A DNA stretch of 64,000 nt from Eledone cirrhosa (GCA_964016885.1 OZ024740.1:97774001-97838000); one strand, 5' to 3'. Counted from the first letter of the stretch, positions 13,664-26,174 are shown. A program made the numbers and translations. Notes: generated by a model from the letters alone, not told the origin.

Positions 13664-13704
13664 GACTAGCAGAAAACCACCCGGTGGGTGGTTTTCTGCT
13701 AGTC
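13664..13704. repeat. Perfect palindrome with CTAG at both feet (19-bp arms, 3-nt loop)
   Basis: gactagcagaaaaccaccc-ggt-gggtggttttctgctagtc. Confidence 0.95.
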
Positions 13705-13717
13705 GATATATATTTAA

Positions 13718-13748
13718 CACACACACAAACACACAAACACAAATACAG

Positions 13749-13779
<31 letters not shown>

Positions 13780-14039
13780 CACCCATGTTCATATTTTGAG
13801 ATGCATTATTCTCAAATCAGATTATTATCTCTGACAGGAAGAACCAGTTTATAATTTTTAAGAAAAATTAAGCATACAGACATATTTTAGGAAACTTATG
13901 AATTCCTGTACACACACACACACACAAACACTTACACAGATACACACAGACACACGCACAGACAGACACACACGCATACGCTAACACACACATACACACT
14001 TAAACCTATATATATACATATATAATATACATATATAGT

Positions 14040-14105
<66 letters not shown>

Positions 14106-14325
14106 CACACACACACACATATAACACACACCCATATATAAAACACACACACGCACACACATACACACACACATATAACACACACACACATATATAACAC
14201 ACACACGCACACACATACACACACACATATAACACACACACATATAATACACACACACACACGCATACACACACACACATGCATACACACACATATAACA
14301 CCCACACACATATATATGTATATCA
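13718..14325. repeat. (CA)n/(TA)n microsatellites and a CA-based minisatellite
   Basis: Direct inspection; repeated acacacacacatataac-type units at 14105-14310. Confidence 0.9.
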
Positions 14326-14644
14326 TATGCTCAGCCCCAGTGAGTTGGTTAAAACACCAAAAGCCAGTCTTAAAGTTGTCGTCTGTAAATTCAAAGAACT
14401 CGGCTGTGTCTGGCTAGATCTCCATGGTAACTACTCCAAGGTCGCGCGTGCCATGGCTGGGAACGCAGGTGTCACGTGCTGGCCTAGAACGCTGGTTGTT
14501 GGAATCAGTGGTCGACGACATAACATATATATTATATGTGTGTGGAATAGTATAAATACTTCTTCATATTTACTAACATATATATATATTATATATTATA
14601 TATACATACATTATATATATATTATTAATATATTACATACGTAC

Positions 14645-14694
<50 letters not shown>

Positions 14695-14763
14695 TAAAAT
14701 AAAAGATTAAAGTTTAAGCAAAGAATCGCTGCTTTCACCCTTAACGGGATCTTCTGAACCTAA

Positions 14764-14804
<41 letters not shown>

Positions 14805-15131
14805 CTGGTGATTTCTCAAGAATGAAACAGTTCTAGTCTATATATATATTACACACACAGAAATGTATATATATTTCTGTGTGTGTATATATATATATAT
14901 ATATATTACACACACAGAAATGTATATACATTTCTGTGTGTATATATATATATATATTTCTGTGTGTGTATATATATATATATTACACACACACAGAAAT
15001 GTATATATATTTCTTAGAACAAAATAATTATTAATGTTTTGCTGTTCATAACAATTGGAATTGAAAAATTACTTTTGAAATTATTAGTTATTTTATTAAT
15101 GCTTAGATATGTAAAAATGAAGCAATGTTTC

Positions 15132-15324
15132 TAATAATTGTTTCTACTTTTGGCACAAGGCCAGCAAATACTCAGTACATTACTGGTACTTTATTTTATC
15201 GACCCCGTGAGAATGAAAGGCAAAGTTAACCTCGGCGGTATTTGACCTTAGACCGTAAAGGGACGTAACTCCATGCTATGAAGCATGGTGTCCGACTCTC
15301 TACAGATTCTGCCAATCCACCGCC
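15132..15324 (-). mobile_element. SINE family A copy
   Basis: Reverse complement of the 6728-6925 consensus. Confidence 0.85.
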
Positions 15325-15325
15325 C

Positions 15326-15599
15326 TAATGCCTGTACGTAGTGAGGGAGTGAGAGGGGAGAGAAAGAAAGGCAGAGGTGAAGTGACGAAGTGACTCTCTC
15401 CTCCTCCTCCATCTCCCCATTCGTCGCAGCGATAGAGGGGAGGAATGTTAGTGTGTTGAAAGAGAAAGAGTGAGAGTGAGAGAAACAAACAGACTAAAAG
15501 AGAGGGATAGCTGGAGAGAGAGACAGATAGCAACCACGCGCGCACGTGTTTCAACTGTCGGACAGACAGAGAAATTGCTGGTTATATATTATAAGGAGA
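15326..15599 (-). mobile_element. Helitron 5'-end fragment (second family)
   Basis: Minus strand begins A|TCTCCTTATAATATATAACC..ctctgtctgtc, the same layout as the 13665 terminus. Confidence 0.55.
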
Positions 15600-16659
15600 T
15601 TACTGTTTAGCTCTAACCCAACACTAGTCAATCAGCTAACCTACACTAAAAGTCGTTCCAACAATGAACACCCTCTCTTAATTCTGGCTATAACATTTCT
15701 AGGTCTGCATTATCGAATGTGTCCTCTTTTTCTTTAAAATGATAGGGCATACATTAATAGAGATTTGGCTACTATTTTTTGCAAATCTGTTAGGTTGCAT
15801 TGTTGGCTTGTTGGGTAGCACATAACATCCATGTAGGGAAAGATAGGGTAGGATGGAGTGAAGTGTGGTATCATCTAGAGAAATATATGTGTATGGAAGA
15901 GGGTTTAGAAGTGAAAGTAAATATGTTGTTAATGACATTCTGAATGTCAAAGGTAAACAGTAAAGGTTATATAGCTTTTTTTAAAAAAAAGCATGAAATA
16001 TTGGAGAGATTATGAATATCATAAGTATAACCGTGACTCTAGGCCAAACAAACTAGATTTTTAACCACACATGAATGTAGTTGAAAATTTACTTTGCATA
16101 TATGTGATTTTGGATTTTTTCCTACTGCCTTTAAATGACATTTGAAAGGCAAATATATTTTTTGAAGCATATTTAATTAACTATTTCTATTTCGGTGTGG
16201 CAGATATAATCTGGCACCTAGTTTAATGCTTTTGACATCAACCTGCCCTAAACTGGCTCTGGTGCTATGAAACAAAACTACTCATTTCAAAGAGTTCTTA
16301 CTTAAATTAAAACCTTCTAGCATAATTTGATATGAGAAACATTTGTTGAGTTGTGTTAGAAATAATCAATAATTTTAGTAAATCTTTCCCCATTATTCAT
16401 TAATTAATTTGTTTTGCGAGGCTTTTGATAGGAAATCGTGTGTCGAAACAAATATTGTTATACATAGGGAGGGTCATATTGTTGTAATAATATTGCCAGA
16501 AATAATAACAGAACACACTCACTGTTTGGTTGTTTTTTGCTTCTGTATCTGTATCGGTTATATCTCCACAGTTAATTCATTTGGTCCTCAAATGTTTATC
16601 ATTGACTGACCAACAGTAAAAAATTCAGATATAATATAGATATAAACACATATATATAG

Positions 16660-16705
16660 ACTAACAAATTTCTTTCGCTGCACATCTGCAACATCATCAG
16701 TGGTA
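16660..16705 (-). ncRNA. Hammerhead-like core (partial)
   Basis: CTGATGA-t-gttgca-gatg-tgcagc-GAAA with a 6-bp stem II; stems I and III not recoverable. Confidence 0.45.
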
Positions 16706-18554
16706 CTATTATGATCCTCCTGTTTTATTGTATATCTACACCATTTTTATTTTATATGTTTATTTATTTATTTATTTTTGTCTTCTTCTCTGCTTAAGCG
16801 TTTGTGTGTGTGTATAATGTTTGGTGTGTGTTCGCGTTTGGGTGACTGTGTTTTGGTTATTGTATTCTATCTTAGTTTACTAGTGTGTGTTTGTATGTGT
16901 CTGTTGTTATTGTGCTTGTGTATATATTTATTTATTTATTTATATTTCTCTTAAGTCAGTATTAATTAATTGAAATACACTATATTAGAAATATAGTCAT
17001 GAAACGATTAATATCCCTGCGTGGTACTTTAGTGCCTTTCCCAGAGTCCACCTCTTTGCAAGCATTCAGGTCAATTTTTTAGTTTACAGATACTTTCCTT
17101 GCTTCCATTCACCACTCTTGGAGAGAGTGGAAAAATGTCATGGGCACAACCTTATCTCACCAACCTGAGTCACCAAATAAATATTGCAAATAAAAAAAAT
17201 GATAATTTTCAAATTTATTTTATGCTACCATATTGTAAGCAATAAAGACAGGAACCATAGATTTTTAGGCCAGATTAGTGAGGCTGTTGCTGTTGCATAA
17301 ACTCCAAGTGAGTCATGATCAAGGAAGCCTACTATCAAAGGCATTCAAATCATTGCTATTCAGCCATATTTACATATAGAGCATAGTTTCATTTGTGTTG
17401 GTTGTATAATATGGTAGGGTGAAGTTTTAGTGATGCTTTGGTGTTATCTTTAGCAAATCAATCGACAATGCAGAAGCTTCCTTATTGAATCTAAATTAGA
17501 GACAGGATTCCTTTGTTATTTGATATTGAAGTTCTGTAAGTTGATAATATCAGGACAATCTGAACAGGGAAGGAACTCCATGGGGTCAGGTATGGTGGAA
17601 AAGGATTGCATAAAGAACTCAGTATGAAGTTGTTGGGGCAGATAGTAGTAGGGATAATGGGAGGGGAAGAAGTAGAGGCATCAAATGAGCTTTGGCAAGG
17701 TTGCTATGCATCACACTATGACAGAAGAAAAAAGAAACAGAAACAGCTGCAATAGTGGAAAAAGTGACAAAGGCACTTTTCTCGCCATGTTAATTAGCTT
17801 TGAGAAATTTATTGTTAATTTCTTGAAATTATCTTCCCTTTTGTTTGGGAGTCAAAACTGCTGCTAGGCTTTTCTTTTTTTTTTTTTTCAACAGAGGGAA
17901 ATGTCAATTGACTAAGAATGTTTTAATGTACAGCACTGAATAACACTCTTGTTCACCTTTTCATTACCGTATTTATAATTAAATGCTCTGTATTTTAATT
18001 TATTAATGTAGAATTTGGAGAGGTTTCTTACAATTACTAATTATTTCTTTTTAAATGGTATTTGTAACATAACAAATAGTCCTAATTATAAAATTAATTT
18101 GAAAGATTTTTACTTTAAATAGGAATGGTTGTTTTGTCTCATAGAATAAGGAGCCAGTTTTGGATGGCTGTTGTGAGACATTTGTGAAGTAGTGAAAATG
18201 ACATCAAGAAACTGAACCAGAGAGAGGAGATGAAACAGGACCAATCTGATTGGCAAGATGTCATAAGACAAAAGACCAACCATCAACACAAGCATTGTGA
18301 CACAAAGAATCAATGTAGAAATAGAAAAGAATACAAGAAAGAGAGAAGACATTTATCCTGTCATGAACAAGATGATCTCTGCTACATGGAAGGCACTCAG
18401 CTGCCCATCCATGCGTTTGTAATGTGATGAGTGAAGTAAACTAGATATTGATGTAAAAATCAAATGGAAGCCTGCAGAAGATTGTTGTTGGCTAAAAAGA
18501 AATGTAGAGAAGACTCTTCATTCTAGCAAATGTATATACTGTGACCATGATAAT

Positions 18555-18735
18555 GCACCCAGTACACTTTGTAAGGTGTTTGGTGTTAGGAAAGAGACCA
18601 AGCTGTAGAAATCACACCAAATATGGAGTATACTAGCAAGATCTGGTCACTCCTTCCTATCGAATGTTGGTCTGTGATAACCTGTTCAACCCATGCCCCA
18701 TAATAGATGGAAGTAAAATGATGATGATGATGAAT
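18555..18735 (+). mobile_element. RTE 3'-tail fragment (old)
   Basis: gcacccagtacactttgtaa..tggtgttaggaa..ccagctgtagaaatc..aacccatgc..(atg)n. Confidence 0.6.
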
Positions 18736-19149
18736 CAGTCGTGTCTGTTCTTATTCTGATTTCAAATAATACAAATGATTTCAGACTTTTGGGGTTGTTA
18801 TTGTTTAAACACAGACCCCATTTTGCATAAACTCATGCAGACTTATCATCAAATACATGTCACCCATGACCATCTCATTTTTATATTAGACATAGTCTAT
18901 GTAAAACTACATGATCCAATGTCTTCTTCCTCTTTTCAACTAACAATGTGTGTTGTAAAGGAAATTTTCTTGCTATATATTGCTGGTTGAGCAACTGTCA
19001 GTTATATAAGTGATACAACTATAACAAGTGTTTTATGGCTGTTTGCCATGCTAAAGTACTTTTGCAAGTTTCCTGACAGATTTCATACTCAGTAAGGCAA
19101 TGTTTTGCAACTAGATGCCCTTCCTGTCACTAACCTTTTTAGTTACCTA

Positions 19150-19525
19150 TTATGATACACAGGGATAAAGAATCGTTTGGGACTTTTTCCATTCACATAG
19201 ATCACACTAATGATGCAAACCTCCTTTATATTAATATTAAAGATTTTAAGAACAAAACTTGCTTGCTTTTTGATATGGCTGTATCATTTGATAGAAATGT
19301 GTCAGCAAAAGTGTATAAAATCTTGCCAAAATATAACGATAGAAATGTAGATAAACAGAATGTGGCACCTTCAAATCCAAACTATTTTGGTAGTGATGGG
19401 AGCATAAAGAAGTGTGTTCAAATGTTCCTAGAAAACATACCTGGTAAACCTAGCATCTATGAAATCCAAAAGATAATTCTAACAAGTACCACCTACATAC
19501 TTCATAAATTTCTATATTTGTAATT
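19150..19525 (+). mobile_element. R4/Dong-like restriction-like endonuclease 3' fragment
   Basis: FSIHIDHT..KDFKNKTCLLFDMAVSFDRNVSAK..ENIPGKPSIYEIQKIILTSTTYILHKFL. Confidence 0.7.
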
Positions 19526-20057
19526 TAAGTCAACACAATCTATTCTGTTTAGCTTTAATTGTAGATTTAATTGATATTTAGTACCAATCAAATATTTTAA
19601 TGCAAAATAAATGTATAACATTTTTTTACTCCTTAATACTTATTTTTATCTCCCCTACTCCTACCTTTCTATAGTTCATTTCTTTTTGTTTACTTATTTA
19701 CCCATCAACGCATGTTATGTAACTTGTTAAGTGAATATGGGGATGGAACAATAAAACTAAAGCTATCGAAAACTATCAAAATCAACAATGACTGCTCTAA
19801 ATAGCTGGTTGTTACTTGATAGACATTGTCATATATAGCAAAATCAAATGAAAATGTATTAATAATAATAAGACAGATAGTGTGCACATGTATAAAGTAA
19901 AAGATATTCTTGCAACTGTGTAAAGTGCATGGCATGAACAATCTGGTGTCTATATATTTGTGGTTTATGAATGTATCCACTGAGTTTCTTTGCTCTAGGC
20001 GTTGGGAAGATGCTCAGCAAGAAATGGAAACAGATCTGAAGAAAGAGAAAAAGGCAC

Positions 20058-20121
20058 AAATAATAATTGTTTGTACTTTTGGCACAAGGCCAGCAATTAC
20101 CCAGTGCATTACTGGTACTTT
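20058..20121 (-). mobile_element. SINE family A 3' fragment at the left edge of the Tx1 array
   Basis: aattgtttgtacttttggcacaaggccagcaattacccagtgcattactggtacttta runs into (taa)n. Confidence 0.8.
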
Positions 20122-20125
20122 ATAA

Positions 20126-20165
<40 letters not shown>

Positions 20166-20450
20166 GATTTCTTTATTGGCCACAAGGGCTGACATTAAGA
20201 AAAACATCACAGACGGGACAGGACGGTACGATATGGGTTTGGTGCGTGTAAATATGTTTATTATTTATATAAGAAAAGAAAAAAGACATAAAACATATAT
20301 ATAAACAATAAAATGAAAATTGAAACAATGAAAAATTCCCCAATAGGGGGGAAACCTCCGAGGGTTACTCGTGGCGAAAATCACACAATAGACCACGGCC
20401 ACCCTGACTACCAGGGCAAGCGCCCTCTCTCAATTTTTCCATCTCTCAAA

Positions 20451-23400
20451 CTACAGACGTATATTCAGAGTGGTCTCGTTCACTCGGACCATTCTCGCTA
20501 CATTCACCCACCTTTCAACAAACTTGCTAGAAAGCAGCACTTGCCTCTCCACCCTGATTTTCCTCTTCAAGTGAAACTTGAAAAAGTTAATCAGGGATTC
20601 GCCGAAGAGGAAAGTGTTTGTCTTTAATCCTTTTAACCTTGTCCACCACACAATCTCTTTCGCCATGGCCACCAGGCAGATGAAAACCGCCTGCCCTTCC
20701 TCCTCAAAGGAAGACGGCGAGACCATCTGCACAATGGACTCAGTCGACAACCGGTTCAGTCCCACACGTGACAGCAACTGTTCTACATAGCTCCACAAGT
20801 CAGCAATGCCCGGACACTGAACGAGTGCATGCACAACGGTTTCGTCGCTATGCGCGCATCTCGGACAGGCTCGGCTGACGGCACTTCCGTGCCTGTAGAG
20901 CTTATCTCGAACCGGTAGCGCTCCCCGGTAGCACTGCCAGGCCAGGGATTTTTGGAAGTTATCCATAGGCCCCGGGCTGAAAGTGCTCCGGAAGAGAGCA
21001 AGCAGCTGATATTCTTCCATGCCCAGGATCTCTCCGAGAACGTCGTCGCTCTTCCCCTCAACTAGTCCTCTATAGAACGCCGAGGTGGATGTTCCACCGA
21101 TACTAGTGCCCAACTGGGAGAGGGCAGTGAGCGCCTGGAGACATTCCAGTTTCCAAGCGCTATCCCTCGGTCTTTTTCTGACCCAGGACTGCAGCTCCGT
21201 CAAGGAGACGAGCTGTGGGAAAATGTGCTTGTCGAACGGCTACCACACCCGTTCACCATCAAGGAAGCACCAGAGATGTCGCAGCCTCAGCGCATGTTTG
21301 CGCATCATCAGCCATGGCATGCCCATTCCTCCACGCAACGGGTGTTGACAGCAGATGGATCGTCTGACCATGGGAGCGCGTCCCTTCCACAAAAAGCGGA
21401 AGAGGAGGCGCTCCATTTTGGTGAGAGTTGGGCTGGAGCAAGGGACGATGGTCAGGCGGTAGCAGATGACGGATGCGATGTACGCATACGCCACTTCCGC
21501 CTGGCCTTTCAGGGACAGCTTCCTCTCAGCCCATTTCTGGGTGAGGGAAGCCACCCTGCTCGTCACCTCGTTCCAGTTTTTCTCCATCTGGAGGTCCGGT
21601 CCGAACCAGACCCCGAGCAATTTAACCGGTCCATCCGTCCAACGTGCCACGACGCTGTCAGACGGCATGGAATTGCCTCTCCAGGTGCCTAGCTGCAAGC
21701 CCACCGACTTTTCCTGGTTTATCTTTGCTCCTGTCACCGTTTCGTATTCCATGAGAGCAGTGCCGAGCATCTGGATGTGTCTGGTGCTCAACACCACCAC
21801 GGTGACGTCGTCAGCGTAAGCCGACTCGGATTTCCCACATCCTAGTTCGCGTGGGACGCCCCTCATCGCCCCCAGTTTGTGCAGTAACAGCTCGAGAGCC
21901 AATACGTACAAGAGGGGCGAGAGGGGACAACCCTGGCGGACTGAGCACATGATGCTGAACGGCTGCAACAGGTGACCATTCACCCTCACAACTGAGCAGA
22001 TGTCGCTGTACATTGCTGCGATCCAACGCCTGAAAACGGGCCCAAAACCGGCTGCCTCGAGGACCGCCGCCAGGTACCGATGGTCGACCCTATCGAATGC
22101 TTTGGATTGATCCAAGTTGATCCCACCCTTGCCAGATTCCTTAACCACCCTCTCTATGATGTATCGCATGAGGTGGAGTTTGTCGTGTATGGATCTGTCC
22201 GGGATGGCGCATGTCTGCGCCTCTCCCACCAGACCCTTGACGACAAGTGCCAACCTCGTTGCTAACACCTTGGCCAAAATCTTGAACTCTGCGTTTAGCA
22301 GAGTTATGGGCCTGAAATTATCAATAACATCCCCCTTGTTCGGGTCTTTTCTCAGCAGTGCCACTGCTCCCCAGTTCACAAAACTGGGAATGCTCCCGTT
22401 CTGCTGCCAGTTGCAGTAGACGTCTGCCAAGGGGTCACCGAACAAGTCTGGCATAAATGCATAAAGCTCGTAGGGCAGACCATCTAAACCTGGCGATTTA
22501 CCTCTTGTGCAGTTAGCCATCGCTTCCCGTATTTCACCGGCTGTTATTGGCTTTTCGCAACACTGTGCTGCAGTCGTCGAGAGCCAAGGCAGTCCGTCGA
22601 GGTATGCAATGAAGTCCATGTCCCGATCCGGGCCGCTGCCGCTCCCGAACAGTTCAGCAAAGTGCTGCTGAAAAGCTTCACACATCCGCTCGGGTTCGAG
22701 CATCACGCACCCGTTTTGGTCAGACAAAGACCGAATTGTGGCTTTATTGCCACGTCGCACCTCTGCCACCCAGGCCCATTGGACGGCTTTTGTCCCCTCG
22801 TGTTTCAGAGCATGCGCTCTAGCTCTAACAACGCAGCCTTCGTGTTTTGCGTTAAAGAATTGGTCGAGTGCCAATCTCGCCGCAAGCACGTCGGTTGCGA
22901 TGCCTGTCCTAAACGCCTCTTCTAGCTTTCTGACTAGCTCTCCCTCTACTCTATTTTCCTCTATCACTACTCCTTTGCTAAACCTAATCGACTCTACTTT
23001 AATTGCCCTTTTCAGGGCGAACCACCACCTGTTGTTGACGACCGCTCCCGTCAACGCCCGCTTAACTAATACGCTAATCCGGTCTCTGTAGGCCTTGCGC
23101 GCCGGGAAAGACGCGTTCAGCTTCCAGTAACCGGGCCCTTGTCTATGAAGTCTGTCTATGTCCATCTCACAGATCACAAATTTGTGGTCTGTGTAGTCGA
23201 CTATTTTAAATTGTGGACAACTTATACTAGCCTTATCTAGTTCTCTGCAGAATACCCTATCTAGATACGATCTGGATGACCTGATGCGGTTTGTCCATGT
23301 CCACATTGGCACATTCGGGTGATCTAGTCGATACCTGTCAGACAGTTCAAAATGTCTGAGCAGGTTGGTGAGGCTCTTGCACCCTCCTCCCCTATTCACT

Positions 23401-23864
23401 AGCCCCACACGATCCCAGCCTGCATCCAAGATACCGTTCCAGTCGCCCACTAACACTAAAGAGTGGGACGTTCCAAGAAAGGTCTCTAGACGTCTGAAGA
23501 AATCTGGCCGTCCTGCCCCTGTTGGGGCGTAGACGGCTACTAGCCTGAAAGCATTGCCTTCGCTGCCGGTCACGTCCAGCACCACCGACTTACCTTCTGG
23601 GTCCAGGAAGATGGCCCGTATCGCGAGATCCAAGCCTCTCCGAAAAAGGACGGCAACCCCTCCCCCCGATCCTGGACGACTGGGAGATGCGTATACATCG
23701 TAGCCGCCGAAGATTGGTGAGAAGGCCCGTGCCTCGGAGATTCTGGTTTCACTGGTGGCCACCACATCTATGTTTAGTGACCTGAGTTCATTGAGCAGCT
23801 CACCCTGCTTCCAAGATGACCCCAGGCCACGTGCATTTATACTTCCTATTCTGAGTACAGCCAT
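20451..23864 (-). CDS. Tx1 ORF2 (AP endonuclease, reverse transcriptase, zinc-binding domain) with one in-frame nonsense codon at 21240-21242
   Basis: SINARGL, SETR, AVYAP, GDWN, TDH, KSPGLDG, NFRPITLLN, DQSKAFD, VRQGCPLSP, AYADD, CPRC..H..C; track ORFs 21240-23900 and 20451-21203 are in the same frame. Confidence 0.92.
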
Positions 23865-23896
23865 GTTGGATGAGAAACGGGGCAAATGAGAAAGGG

Positions 23897-25974
23897 TCAC
23901 TTACCTTGTTCGTGTGGTGAAGGGACAGTAGAACCGTCCCTTTCGCTGGTCATGGGTGTTTCCAAGAGGATGTCAGTGTATATCCTCTTGGTAACAGTCC
24001 CTCTGAAGTCTCCAACTGCGTTGGGGAATTTTCGTTTTAAAGGTTTGTATTGTTCTAATGAGATTTCGATGATGCTTATGTTTGACGGGACAGTTCTTGG
24101 TGTTGGTGGGGTGTAGTAATTTTTTTCCGTGATGTCTGTGTGCTGCTTTATATATTTTATGAGTTCTTTTTTTGCTAGGTTTATGGCTGTGTACTTTTTG
24201 GGGGGAGGGGTGATTTTGTTGCCGTTTTCTTCTTGTTGCTGTTTGGTGTGTGTGTCTTGTTGTGTTTGCGTTGTTGGTGTTTGTGGTGGTGTTGCTGCAA
24301 GTTTCCTTGCTGCCTTTACCCCTCTTTGTATGCCTTCGCTTTTGGAGGGTGAATCTAAGGATTTTTTTTGTTTTTTGTTTTTTTATGGCAGACTGTTTGC
24401 CACGTCACTCCCGCCTCAAACTCCATGTCGGATTCTGTGGCGTCTGGGAGGTGTATGTGTTCCACGGCTGTTGGTGGTGGTAGTGGAGCCCTCTTCGGCA
24501 ATATTGTTGCTGGTGTAGCTATTTCAAATGTAGCTATTGGTGTTGCCGCTACTGATGATGCTGCTTTAGTTATCCGTGGCCTTGGTACGGAGGCTACGGA
24601 CGTTGCCCTCCTACTTACCGTGGAAAAGGCTTCTTCGTTTGTTGCCTGTCCTGCTCTTGGTAGGAGCGGACCAGGTATTGGAAGGAGAGGGGCCCTCTTC
24701 GGTGTCTTCTGTGGGCAAAAGGCCCTGAGGTGACCTTTTGACCCACAGAGATAACATTTTGGCCATCTTCCTTCTACACCTATAGGGAGTTGGAGTCCTT
24801 CCTCAAAGTCTATGATATCGGGGATAGCCTCGATACATTCCTGGTCAGTTTGTATAAGCATTTGCATGCCTATACCTGACCAGTTCTCTCTCCCTATTTT
24901 TTCTATTTGCAGCATGGTCGGCCTGTTCTCAATTCCAGCAAGGACAGACGCGGCCAGCCAAGGTATGGGCACATCGGGTGGGACCTGGGTCACTTTGACC
25001 CTCACAATTTTCTGCCCGCAGTAGGAGGGCACCAAGACTAACTCCTCACTCTTTAGGGTTTCCAAAGAGTGAGACTTTGCTTCCTGGGGGGTGGCGAAAA
25101 GTACGTCTACTGTGGCCTACTTTCTGCCCCTGGTGATGTGGGTTTTGCGTGCCCAGACGCACCCCAAGGCCTTTTGGATTTGAGCATCCGTGGCTCTCTC
25201 CACTCGATGTGAGATTTTGCTTACGGTGCGGTAAGTCACCGTTCGTAGCTGCTGGTCCTTGAAAAAATCGGGTGGAGGTTTCAGGGAAACTCTATTTGCG
25301 CTTCTTGTCACCATGGCCCTTGCGACTGCCATCTCCTCCTCTGTGACTAACATTGTCTCGATATTTCGGGCGACACCTGCAAAAGAAGTGGTCCCTTTTT
25401 TAGCAGCACCACTATTGCTGCCGCTACTGGTCTTACTGGTGGTGCTGAGGTCGCTATTACAGGTATCGGTGTCATTGTTGTACTTTTCGCTGGTACAGTT
25501 GTTGGTGTTGTTTTCGTTGATACTGTTGCTGCTGTGACTGTTATTGTGGCTGTTGTTATTATTGTTGTTTTTGTTAATACTGTTCCTACTATTATTGTTG
25601 TTGTGGCTGTTGTTATTGTCATTGTTATTGTCGTTCTCGACCTTACCTCTGTTATTTTTGTTATTGTCGTTCTCGACCTTACCGCTGTTATTTTTGTTAT
25701 TGTCGTTCTCGACCTTACCGCTGTTATTTTTGTTATTGTCGTTCTCGACTTTACCGCTGTTATTTTTGGTGTTGTTGTTGGTGGTGTTGTTTGTGTTAGA
25801 AATATTTGTTAATTTTAAATCTGTAACAATCCTTTTTTCCTTTGTAATATTTTCATTTATATTTACCTCCGCTGGAACACTGTCTTGTTGACATGCTGAT
25901 AAAGTCTCCCTCTCTCTGTGTTGTCTGATAGCGCTCTCTCTCTTTTTTGTGTTATCCATGTTGAAATTTTTCAA
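23897..25974 (-). CDS. Tx1 ORF1 (gag-like, CCHC zinc knuckle, Asn-rich N-terminus); one stop (25117) and one frameshift (~24360, poly-A)
   Basis: CYLCGSKGHLRAFC; ORFs 25117-25974 and 24355-25065 in frame; the shifted frame stays open to TGA at 23897, just upstream of the ORF2 ATG. Confidence 0.8.
25625..25768 (-). repeat. 36-bp tandem repeat x4 in ORF1 (NNSGKVENDNNK)
   Basis: Unit gttattgtcgttctcgaccttaccgctgttattttt. Confidence 0.9.
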
Positions 25975-26174
25975 AAATATTTTTACACAAATACGAATAC
26001 GACACCCCGTAAAGGGGTGCCGTATTATTTACTACTGAAACCCCTGTATTAGGTGGGTCACTTCTTCTAAACTTTTATCAAATTTAAAACTTGAATAAAA
26101 GGTTTAGAACGGTTGAAAAAGAGGTAAAACGTTGAAAAAGACTGGAGGCGATAAGAAGCGTGGCTTCACCAACC

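Larger units (their letters stand above)
10762..13665 (-). mobile_element. Internally deleted Helitron with both termini
   Basis: 5' end TCTTCTAAATATATAAAA..(TGTC)n at 13665; 3' GC hairpin (cccggcatcgcccgg) plus CTAG|T at 10762; N-terminal basic/repeat region joined directly to a PIF1 helicase C-terminus; Rep domain missing. Confidence 0.9.
20165..26174 (-). mobile_element. Full-length Tx1-type (L1 clade) LINE, copy 1
   Basis: 5'UTR, ORF1 with CCHC knuckle, ORF2 EN-RT-Cys-rich, 3'UTR with AATAAA; flanked on both sides by (TTA)n. Confidence 0.95.

Noticed and set aside
14727-14760. Hammerhead candidate CAGAAGA-tccc-gttaa-gggt-GAAA (minus)
   Set aside because: Core U4 is mutated and stem I is not evident; kept only as a weak member of the census.
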